The translations under genes and the position numbers were made by a program. DNA of 32,117 nucleotides from positions 1 to 32,117 of the forward strand of contig CACXFF010000349.1 in the NCBI GenBank assembly GCA_902766805.1, in the 5' to 3' direction. The notes beneath the pieces were generated by a model that had not been told where the DNA came from, ran no database searches, and saw nothing but the letters and a program-made list of their open reading frames with translations. This DNA comes from an uncultured Coriobacteriaceae bacterium (GTDB taxonomy: Bacteria > Actinomycetota > Coriobacteriia > Coriobacteriales > Atopobiaceae). Position 1 is the stretch's first letter; each line of letters opens with the position of its first letter. Positions 1 through 7,254 of this stretch are shown here, one piece after another.

Positions 1-207
1 GATGACGTACTGCATGGCCGTCTTGTGATCGGGCAGCGGGGCCTCGATCTTCTGCTTGCCCTCGACGGCGATGGACTCGTAGCCCACAAAGGAGCCGTCG
101 ATGCCGATGCGCTCGCAGTTGCCCTTGGCGTAGACCTCGCGGGTGTCGACGTCGAGCAGCTGGAACTTGAGCGAGGAGCTGCCAGCGTTGATGACCAAGA
201 CGTTCAT
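1..207 (-). CDS. ackA: Acetate kinase, N-terminal part. The gene runs off the left edge of the window.
   Basis: Reverse-complement translation from the ATG at 207 gives MNVLVINAGSSSLKFQLLDVDTREVYAKGNCERIGIDGSF..., the classic acetate kinase N-terminus (INAGSSSLK). A GAAAGGA RBS lies upstream. It is absent from the ORF track because there is no stop in the window. Confidence 0.85.
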   Translation of the reverse strand, partial: MNVLVINAGSSSLKFQLLDVDTREVYAKGNCERIGIDGSFVGYESIAVEGKQKIEAPLPDHKTAMQYVI

Positions 208-263
208 GGGATTCCTTTCGGTTTGGGTTGATGGCACAACGGTTAACTATACGCCTGCCAAGG

Positions 264-611
264 CTAGGCAAGCGCCATGGGGAGGGTTTCTCCACCCAAG
301 ACATGCCAGTGCAGATGCATGACCGTCTGGCCGGCGTCCTTGCCCGTGTTGGCAATCGTGCGGAAGCCGCTCTCGCGGATGCCCTCGGCGCGCGTGACCT
401 GGTCCACGGCGTGGGCCATGGCGGCCAGCGTGTCGGCGGGGACGGAGTCGACGATGTTGTCGTAGTGCTCTTTGGGCACGACGAGCACGTGGGTGGGTGC
501 CATGGGGCTCATGTCGCGGAAGGCCACGACCAGCTCGTCCTCGTACACGTAGTCCGACTCGATGACATGGTTGGCGATCTTGCAGAAGATGCATCCGTCT
601 TGCGTTGCCAT
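264..611 (-). CDS. HIT-family (histidine triad) nucleotide hydrolase
   Basis: 115 aa with a C-terminal HLHWHVLGG histidine triad (HxHxHxx) and an N-terminal CIFCKI motif. An AGGAG RBS lies upstream. Confidence 0.9.
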   Translation of the reverse strand: MATQDGCIFCKIANHVIESDYVYEDELVVAFRDMSPMAPTHVLVVPKEHYDNIVDSVPADTLAAMAHAVDQVTRAEGIRESGFRTIANTGKDAGQTVMHLHWHVLGGETLPMALA

Positions 612-621
612 GGTCTGTCTC

Positions 622-888
622 CTATTCCTGAATGAAGGCCGCGGCAGGTGCGGCCGTCGTGTCCGCCACGTGGCTGGCCTCTGAGCTGGCCACGAGCACC
701 TGAACCTTCTGTTCGGCGTCTGCCAGGCGCGCCCTCAGGCTCGCCAGCAGTTCCACGCCGCGTTGGTAGCGCGCCAGGGAGTCCTCGAGCTCCAGGTCGC
801 CCGCCTCGAGGGCGCGTACGATCTGCTCGAGCTCCACGCTCGCCTCCTTGAAGCTGAGCTCACCTACGGGTCTTGGCTGTTCCGTCAT
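622..888 (-). CDS. xseB: Exodeoxyribonuclease VII small subunit
   Basis: 88 aa helical protein (SFKEASVELEQIVRALEAGDLELEDSLARYQRGVELL). Its ATG overlaps the xseA stop (ATGA). Confidence 0.9.
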   Translation of the reverse strand: MTEQPRPVGELSFKEASVELEQIVRALEAGDLELEDSLARYQRGVELLASLRARLADAEQKVQVLVASSEASHVADTTAAPAAAFIQE

Positions 889-2462
889 GACTCCTCCTTC
901 CCGGTCACGCGTGCCTCAAGCGTGCCGCTTGCGACGCGTACCGTAATCTGTGCTCCCCTATCCACTTGCGACGCGTTGCTGATCACGTGGCCCCGATCGT
1001 CGCGCGCGATGGCGTATCCACGCCCCAGGACCTTGAGAGGCGAGAGTGCGTCGAGCGTGGCGGCCCCGGCCGCGACCGCGTCGGCGAAGGGCCTCAGCAT
1101 CCGCTTGCCCGTGCCGGACAAGCGCTCCGCCTGCCCGGCGAGGGCACGCTGCTGCGTGTCCAGCAGCCGGGGCAGCGCGTCATGCAGACGCTGCTCGGTC
1201 TGGGCGAGCTGCGCCTCGCGTGAGGCCACGAAGAAATCCGCGTCCTGCAGGCAGCGCCGGCCAGCCAGGGCGTCCAGCCTCACGCGCTCGCGGCCCAGGC
1301 GCCCGCGCTCGGCCTCGCGCGCACGGTCTCCCAGGGCGTCCAGGCGCAGGCGCTCGCGTGCGAGCTGGCTGCGCTGCGCCTCGCGCAGGCGGTCGCCCAG
1401 GGCCTGCTGCGTCGCGCGCCTCGACTCCAGGCACTTGGTGAGTGCCTGCGCGAGGCGTTCGGCGCGCGTCTCGATGGTGTTGGCGATCTCGTCAATCGCG
1501 GGCGCGACGCTCTCGGCGGCCGCCGTGGGCGTCGACGTGCGCCGGTCCGCGACCATGTCGCAGATGCAGGTGTCGGGCTCGTGCCCGATGCCGGTGACGA
1601 CCGGTACCGGGCAGGCCGCCACGGCGCGTGCCAAGGCCTCGTCGTTGAAGGTCATGAGGTCCTCGAACGAGCCGCCTCCGCGCACGAGCAGCACGCAGTC
1701 CGGGCGGGCTTTGGCGGCCGTGACGAGCGCCGCCATGAGCGACTCCGGAGCGCCGGGCCCCTGCACCTGGGCGCCCACCACCAAGAGCTCCACCAGCGGG
1801 TTGCGGCGGCGCAGCGTGCGCTTGACGTCGTCGATGACCGATCCCGACAGCGACGTGACCACCGCGACGCGCGTGCAGAAGCGCGGTATGGCACGCTTGC
1901 GCTCCTGTGCCATGAGGCCTTCGCGTTCGAGCTTGCGGGCGAGCTCGGCCACCTGCTGGCGCAGTTGGCCCTCCCCCGCCACGCGCAGGCGCCGGCAGAT
2001 GAAGCTCATGCGGCCCGTGCCGAGGTAGACGTCGAACTTGCCGGACATCTGCACCCGCAGGCCGTCGCGCAGCTCCACACCGCTCGCCTCGTGCACGCCG
2101 CGCCAGACGATGACGTCCATCGCGCTGCTGTCGTCTTTCACCTGGAAATAGCAGTGACCCGAGCGGGCGTTGGGACCGCGGAAGCCCGTGACCTCGCCCG
2201 TGACCTCGAGCTTGGGCAGGCCGTCCAGGCGGCCCTTGGCTATGCCGAGCGCTTCGCTCACCGAGAGCGGCGCGTTGTCGGGTTCGCTGGGGGCGGCGGG
2301 CTCCGGTGCATCCTGAAAGAGCGGTGCCCCGGCCGCTCGCGCGTTGCGCGTGAAAGCCGCGCGCACGTCGGACGGGCTTGCCCCTCCCATGCCCGAGCCG
2401 GGCGAAGGCGCACCGGACTGCAGGTCGGACAGGCGCAGCGGCCGTGTGGGACGGGCGGGCAT
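885..2462 (-). CDS. xseA: Exodeoxyribonuclease VII large subunit
   Basis: 525 aa. OB-fold N-terminal region (LEVTGEVTGFRGPNARSGHCYFQVKD) and catalytic region (GGGSFEDLMTFNDE, VVTGIGHEPD). The start codon directly abuts the upstream gene's stop. It has a low-complexity N-terminal extension and an expanded coiled-coil. Confidence 0.9.
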   Translation of the reverse strand: MPARPTRPLRLSDLQSGAPSPGSGMGGASPSDVRAAFTRNARAAGAPLFQDAPEPAAPSEPDNAPLSVSEALGIAKGRLDGLPKLEVTGEVTGFRGPNARSGHCYFQVKDDSSAMDVIVWRGVHEASGVELRDGLRVQMSGKFDVYLGTGRMSFICRRLRVAGEGQLRQQVAELARKLEREGLMAQERKRAIPRFCTRVAVVTSLSGSVIDDVKRTLRRRNPLVELLVVGAQVQGPGAPESLMAALVTAAKARPDCVLLVRGGGSFEDLMTFNDEALARAVAACPVPVVTGIGHEPDTCICDMVADRRTSTPTAAAESVAPAIDEIANTIETRAERLAQALTKCLESRRATQQALGDRLREAQRSQLARERLRLDALGDRAREAERGRLGRERVRLDALAGRRCLQDADFFVASREAQLAQTEQRLHDALPRLLDTQQRALAGQAERLSGTGKRMLRPFADAVAAGAATLDALSPLKVLGRGYAIARDDRGHVISNASQVDRGAQITVRVASGTLEARVTGKEES

Positions 2463-3152
2463 CTATCGGCTCCTACGGGAAAGGCCCAGGTAGTAGAACA
2501 GCTGGACGACCGACACCAGCGCGGCGGCGACGTAGGTGAGGGCGGCCGCGATCAGCACGCTGCGCGCCCCTCCCTCGGCCTGCTCCCCGAGCCCGGCGCC
2601 CTTGATGTACTTGACCGCGCGGCGCGAGGCGTCGATCTCCACCGGCAGCGTGACCAGCTGGAAGAGCACGGAGAACGCGAAGAGCACGATAGCGGCGGTC
2701 TGCAGGCCGCTCTGCCCGAGCAGCACGCCAGCCATGAAGACCAGCATCCAGATGGACGAGGTGAAGCTCACGAGCGGCACGAGCGCCGTGCGAATCTTGA
2801 CCGGCAGGTAACCGCGCGCGTGCTGGACCGCGTGGCCCGCCTCGTGGCAGGCGACGGCCACGCTTGCCACCGAGCCGCCGTTGAGGTTCTCCGACGAGAG
2901 GTTGAGCTGGTTGGTGCGCGGATCGTAGTTGTCGGTGAGGTGCCCAGAGATCTGCTGGATGCCCACGTCCGTAGCACCCTCGTCGCGCAGCATGCGCCTC
3001 GCGACATCTGCGCCCGTCTCGCCCGTGCTGATGCGCACGCGCGACCACTTGTCATACTGGCTCTTGATGTAGCTCTGCGTGATGAGGCCGAGCAGCGTCG
3101 AGAGCAGCACGATGCTCCAGTAGCCTAGGTTCCCCGAGAAAAAGTACGGCAT
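2463..3152 (-). CDS. Membrane zinc metallopeptidase (Zn_peptidase_2/YpjC-like family)
   Basis: The track ORF 2463..3689 is over-extended into rnd. An internal ATG at 3152 is preceded by AGGAGG and gives a 229-aa protein MPYFFSGNLGYW... with an HEAGHAV (HExxH) motif and several TM helices. Confidence 0.85.
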   Translation of the reverse strand: MPYFFSGNLGYWSIVLLSTLLGLITQSYIKSQYDKWSRVRISTGETGADVARRMLRDEGATDVGIQQISGHLTDNYDPRTNQLNLSSENLNGGSVASVAVACHEAGHAVQHARGYLPVKIRTALVPLVSFTSSIWMLVFMAGVLLGQSGLQTAAIVLFAFSVLFQLVTLPVEIDASRRAVKYIKGAGLGEQAEGGARSVLIAAALTYVAAALVSVVQLFYYLGLSRRSR

Positions 3153-3259
3153 CCTGCCTCCTTGCCCTTGTCTGCCTAGAGTCGCGCGCGGGCGTGCGAC
3201 GTTTTCAGCATACCTTACCCGTTGGCTCGGACAAAAAATCAGTTCCGGCGTGCTCGCTC

Positions 3260-4444
3260 CTAGAGCAGCTCGATGCGCCCGTTCTTGACCGTGAGGCCGA
3301 CCTCGCCCTCCAGCAGACGCGTCAGCGGCTTGCCCGCCAGCTCCGCGCGCCAGCCCTCGCTGAGCCTCCCGGACTTGCCGGACACGAGGTCCTGCAGGTC
3401 GTCGCGGGTGGCGATGAGCTGCGTGGCCACGCCCGAGCGGTCGGAGATCACGCGCAGCATCGCGTACATGAGGTCGAGCACGCTCTCCACCTCGGCCGCG
3501 GGCCGCTGCCTGCGCACGTAGCGCGGCAGCTCTTCTTCCGGGCACACCAGACCCGCATACACGGCTTCGAGCAGGGCGTTGGCGTCTGTGGCGGACAGCC
3601 TCTCGGCGCCGCGGATGCGCGCTAGGCGCTCGCGGGTGCGCGGGATGCGCTTGCACACCTCCAGCACCACCTCGTCGCTCAGGACCCATTTGCGGGGGAT
3701 GTCACGCGCAGCCGCGAGGCGCTCGCGCCAAGCGCAGACCTCGCGCGCCATGCCCATCTGGCGCCGCGTGAGCGACGTGACGCGGCGCAGGTGCGTATAG
3801 GCCTCCTCGGGGCTCAGGCGCACGCGGGCGGGGTCGTTGAGCGCCTCCATCTCGGGCCTGACCCAGGCGAGCCGGTCTCTGCGGATGAGGTCGGCCTGCA
3901 TCTCGTGGTAGATCTGCGGGAGGTAGCGCACGTCATCCTCGGCATAGGCGAGCTGCTCGGCGTCCAGCGGTCGCTGAGCCCAATCGGTGAGCGACTCGGC
4001 TTTGGGCAGGCGCACGTCGCACAGAGACTCCACGAGCGCGGCGTAGCCCAGCTGCATGCGATGCCCGAGGAACGCCGCGGCGACCTGCGTGTCGAAGACG
4101 GGACCGGGGATCACGCCGAGGGCGTGGTCGATGGCCTCCAGGTCTTGGGAGCAAGCGTGGATGACCTTGGTCACGCGCTCGTCTGTCATGAGGCGCGCGA
4201 CGCCGCTGAGGTCGAAGTCCGCGAAGGGGTCTACGCACGCGATGTCGTCGGCGCTCACCGACATCTGGAGCAGGCAGAGCCTGGGGTAGAGGGTCTTCTC
4301 GCGCAGGAACTCGGTGTCCACACACACGATCCGCTCGGAGCGGGCGCGGTCACAGAACGCATCGAGCTGGTCTTGATCTGCAATGTACAAAGCGTATGCC
4401 TTTCGCCGTCGGCCCCTGGGGCGCGCGACCTGAGGTACTATCAA
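3260..4444 (-). CDS. rnd: Ribonuclease D (DEDD 3'-5' exonuclease plus HRDC)
   Basis: CVDTEFLRE (DxE exo motif I), VKVIHACSQDLE, and YAEDDVRYL (exo III) followed by an HRDC-like region. The exact start is uncertain; an in-frame TTG about 50 nt downstream is an alternative. Confidence 0.85.
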   Translation of the reverse strand: MIVPQVARPRGRRRKAYALYIADQDQLDAFCDRARSERIVCVDTEFLREKTLYPRLCLLQMSVSADDIACVDPFADFDLSGVARLMTDERVTKVIHACSQDLEAIDHALGVIPGPVFDTQVAAAFLGHRMQLGYAALVESLCDVRLPKAESLTDWAQRPLDAEQLAYAEDDVRYLPQIYHEMQADLIRRDRLAWVRPEMEALNDPARVRLSPEEAYTHLRRVTSLTRRQMGMAREVCAWRERLAAARDIPRKWVLSDEVVLEVCKRIPRTRERLARIRGAERLSATDANALLEAVYAGLVCPEEELPRYVRRQRPAAEVESVLDLMYAMLRVISDRSGVATQLIATRDDLQDLVSGKSGRLSEGWRAELAGKPLTRLLEGEVGLTVKNGRIELL

Positions 4445-4505
4445 AGCGCTGCGCGTGCAGCCTGTATATCATACGCGAAAAGCCCCACCGACGAGGAAGG
4501 CGAGC

Positions 4506-5429
4506 ATGCGTACTGTCATCATCCACAATCCGCGTAGCGGTTTTGGCTCCGACGCGATCTTCGAGTTCGCGCGCTGCCTGATGGACGCCGGCGACGAGTG
4601 CGTGATACGCGCGCTGGGCGACGAGCAGCCGGTGGCGCAGGCCTTGGACGAGGCACGGGGCTTCGACCTGGCGGTCATCTCGGGAGGGGACGGCACCGTG
4701 GCGTCGGCGCTCTATGCGCTTGCCGACAGCGACGTCCCCACCTGCGTCTTTCCCAGCGGTACGGCCAACCTGCTCTTCGAGTCGCTCGGCAATGCCCCCG
4801 AGCCGATGGCCATCGCGCGGGCATGCCGTGAGGGTGTCACCGTGCGCCTCGACATCGGCGAGATGCGCTGGCGCGACCAGGACGGGCAGGATCACCGCAG
4901 GGGCTTCTCCCTGATGGCGGGCTCGGGCTACGACGCACAGATCATGGCCGAGGCGGCTCCCAACAAAGGCGCGCTGGGCGAGGCGGCATACTTCACGGCT
5001 GTGGCGGCAGTGTCGCCGCAACAGTACCGCTTCTCCGTCGAGCTCGACGGCGAGACGCACGAGAGCCAAGGCATGATGGCCATGGCGTGCAACAGCGCGC
5101 GCATCCAGGGCGACATCGAGCTCATCTCCGACTGCAGGATGGACGACGGGGTCATCGAAGTGGTGGTCTCGCAGATCCGCCATCGCCCGGAGCTGCTGCC
5201 CACGGTGGCCACCTGGCTCATGGATCCCGCCGCCACGCACGTCAGCCGCCCCATGGTGGAGCGTTTCAGTGGCACGCGGCTGCGCGTGACGGCCGACCGG
5301 CCCCTGCCCCTGCAGATAGACGGCGAGCCGATCCCCGGCACCACGACGGGCTATGAGGTGCGCGTCCTGCCTGGCGCGGCGCGCCTGATCGTGGACCCGC
5401 TCTCCCCCTTCTATCCCGAGGGCCGCTGA
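4506..5429 (+). CDS. Diacylglycerol/lipid kinase family protein (YegS/DagK-like)
   Basis: ATG at 4506 is preceded by GAGGAAGG. MRTVIIHNPRSG... with the GGDGT signature (VISGGDGTVASA). The track ORF starts 51 nt earlier without an RBS. Confidence 0.85.
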   Translation: MRTVIIHNPRSGFGSDAIFEFARCLMDAGDECVIRALGDEQPVAQALDEARGFDLAVISGGDGTVASALYALADSDVPTCVFPSGTANLLFESLGNAPEPMAIARACREGVTVRLDIGEMRWRDQDGQDHRRGFSLMAGSGYDAQIMAEAAPNKGALGEAAYFTAVAAVSPQQYRFSVELDGETHESQGMMAMACNSARIQGDIELISDCRMDDGVIEVVVSQIRHRPELLPTVATWLMDPAATHVSRPMVERFSGTRLRVTADRPLPLQIDGEPIPGTTTGYEVRVLPGAARLIVDPLSPFYPEGR

Positions 5430-5480
5430 GCCAGGTTTGTTGGCGTAGAGCCTTTGGCTTCTGGGTAACACGCGGTCGCA

Positions 5481-5816
5481 TCAGACCAGGTACAGGAGGG
5501 CTGCGTAGGCCACGAGGCCCGTGACCGCGCAGATCACCAACGATCCGCTCTTTTTGGCGACCACGGCCACCAGCAGCGCCGCGATCACGGGCTTCAGGGC
5601 GCCCCAAGGGTCAGCGGCGAAGGCGCCGGGCGTGAAGAGGTCGTTGGACACGAGCGCCGCGAACGCCGCGGGTGGGATGAGCGACAGCGCGTCGGTCACG
5701 GCTGGGGACAGCTCGCGGCCCTTCAGCACAAAAAGCGGTATGCAGCGGCAGGCGAGCATCGTCGCGCTGCAGGCGACGAGCAGGATGGCGAAGTCCGTGA
5801 ACGACATCGGCGTCAT
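5481..5816 (-). CDS. azlD: Branched-chain amino acid exporter small subunit AzlD
   Basis: 111 aa hydrophobic protein with a 4-nt overlap with the upstream azlC. Typical AzlD size and composition. Confidence 0.8.
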   Translation of the reverse strand: MTPMSFTDFAILLVACSATMLACRCIPLFVLKGRELSPAVTDALSLIPPAAFAALVSNDLFTPGAFAADPWGALKPVIAALLVAVVAKKSGSLVICAVTGLVAYAALLYLV

Positions 5817-6496
5817 GCGGCATCACCTCTTCCGCGCATGGCCACGCCCACCGCGACGCCCGCGAGGGCGCCGACCAGGATCGAGGCGCCTCCCAGGCCC
5901 AGCATCTTGCACAGGTACACGCTCACGCCCGCCACGAGCACCACCGCGGTCACGCGGGGCGAGAAGTCGCGCGCGACCAGCAGGCACACGAATATCGCGG
6001 TCATCGCGAAGGCCGCCAGGTTGGTGGGCACGTCGAGTGCCTCCCCCACGAGCGCCCCGGCGAAATTGGAGAATGCCCAGGAGCTGCAGCTCAGGTAGTT
6101 GACCATCGTGGCGGTGGCGCCGTCCCAGGTCTCGTCGTGCTCGAAGCGGTCCAGGTTCACGCCGAACGACTCGTCGGTCACCGACGCCGCGAAGAAGAAC
6201 GACAGCAACGGGTTCTCATTGCCGAAGTACGGCGAGAAGGCCGCGGAGTACAGGATCTGGCGCGTGTTGACGAAGCTCGTGCTCGCGATGATGGAGAGCA
6301 GCGGCGTCCCCGCCATCCACAGGTTGGGGATCATGAACTGGCCGGCTCCCGTGTAGTACACGTAGCTCATCACCAGGCACATCCAGGGGGCCATGCCCAC
6401 CTGGCTCTCCAAGATGCCGCAGGGGATGCCGATGGAGACGTAGCCGAGCATGATGGGGAGGGCGGCTGCGAAGGCTCTGCGCAGGCGTGTTCCCAT
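5813..6496 (-). CDS. azlC: Branched-chain amino acid exporter AzlC
   Basis: 227 aa polytopic membrane protein (LPIMLGYVSIGIPCGIL..., GAGQFM) paired with azlD. Confidence 0.85.
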   Translation of the reverse strand: MGTRLRRAFAAALPIMLGYVSIGIPCGILESQVGMAPWMCLVMSYVYYTGAGQFMIPNLWMAGTPLLSIIASTSFVNTRQILYSAAFSPYFGNENPLLSFFFAASVTDESFGVNLDRFEHDETWDGATATMVNYLSCSSWAFSNFAGALVGEALDVPTNLAAFAMTAIFVCLLVARDFSPRVTAVVLVAGVSVYLCKMLGLGGASILVGALAGVAVGVAMRGRGDAA

Positions 6497-6497
6497 G

Positions 6498-7157
6498 CTA
6501 GTCCACCATGCGTATCGACTCGATCACGGGCTGGTCCTGCGCCTCGATCGTGCCGAAATCGTCGACGGGCTTGGCGTTGGCGACGAGGGCGTCGATGACG
6601 TCCATGCCCGAGGTCACGTGCCCGAAGGCCGCGTACCGACCGTCGAACGAGGCGTTGTCCTCGGCGCAGATGAAGAACTGCGAGTCGGCCGAGTCATAGT
6701 CACGGCCGTTGCGGGCCATCGAGATCGTGCCACGCACGTGGCTGATGGTGTTGGGGTAGCCGTTGGCCGCGAACTCGCCCATGATGGTCTTGCCCGACCC
6801 GCCCTTGCCCGTTCCCGTGGGGTCGCCGCCTTGGACTAAGTCCTTTGTGATGCGGTGGAACGTGAGGCCGTCGTAGAAATGCGCCTCGGCCAACTCGGCG
6901 AAATTGGTCACCGTGACGGGCGCGATCAGGGCGTTGAGCTCCACGCTGATGTCGCCGTAGGACCTCACGCTGATGGTCGCGTGATGGATGCCCGCGGCGT
7001 ACGGAGAATCGGGCGTAGAGGCGTCCGTCGTGGCGGTGGTCGCCGCGCTTGTGGCCGCGCTCGTCGTGGCCTGCGCACCGCTGCAGGCGCCCAGCAGGAA
7101 GGCAAGGCCCGTCCCAAGGCCGGCACAGGCAAAGGCTCGACGAGTCAACGTAGGCAT
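6498..7157 (-). CDS. Cyclophilin-type peptidyl-prolyl cis-trans isomerase, predicted Tat-exported lipoprotein
   Basis: FHRITKDLVQGGDPTGTGKGG and FFICAEDNASFDGRYAAFG cyclophilin motifs. The N-terminus MPTLTRRAFACAGLGTGLAFLLGAC has a twin-arginine motif and an LLGAC lipobox. Confidence 0.85.
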   Translation of the reverse strand: MPTLTRRAFACAGLGTGLAFLLGACSGAQATTSAATSAATTATTDASTPDSPYAAGIHHATISVRSYGDISVELNALIAPVTVTNFAELAEAHFYDGLTFHRITKDLVQGGDPTGTGKGGSGKTIMGEFAANGYPNTISHVRGTISMARNGRDYDSADSQFFICAEDNASFDGRYAAFGHVTSGMDVIDALVANAKPVDDFGTIEAQDQPVIESIRMVD

Positions 7158-7176
7158 AGGTAACCCCTTTCAAAGA

Positions 7177-7194
7177 GAGCGCGAGGCCGCGCTC
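7177..7194 (-). terminator. Short GC hairpin downstream of the ATPase gene, possibly an intrinsic terminator
   Basis: GAGCGCG-aggc-CGCGCTC (7-bp stem), followed on the minus strand by TCTTTG. It lies between the ATPase stop (7255) and the PPIase RBS. Confidence 0.4.
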
Positions 7195-7254
7195 CGTCGA
7201 TTCGCACGAGAAACGACTATAGCGCAGCCTCGCTACGGACGTGTGTAGCAGCTT

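Noticed and set aside
25-231. Plus-strand 68-aa ORF at the left edge.
   Set aside because: It is antisense to a clear acetate kinase N-terminus (INAGSSSLK) that has an RBS. The plus-strand ORF has no RBS or recognisable motif.
3153-3689. N-terminal 179-aa extension of the metallopeptidase ORF (2463..3689).
   Set aside because: The extension overlaps rnd on the same strand in another frame, is Arg/Gly/Ala-rich, and the internal ATG at 3152 has a perfect AGGAGG RBS.
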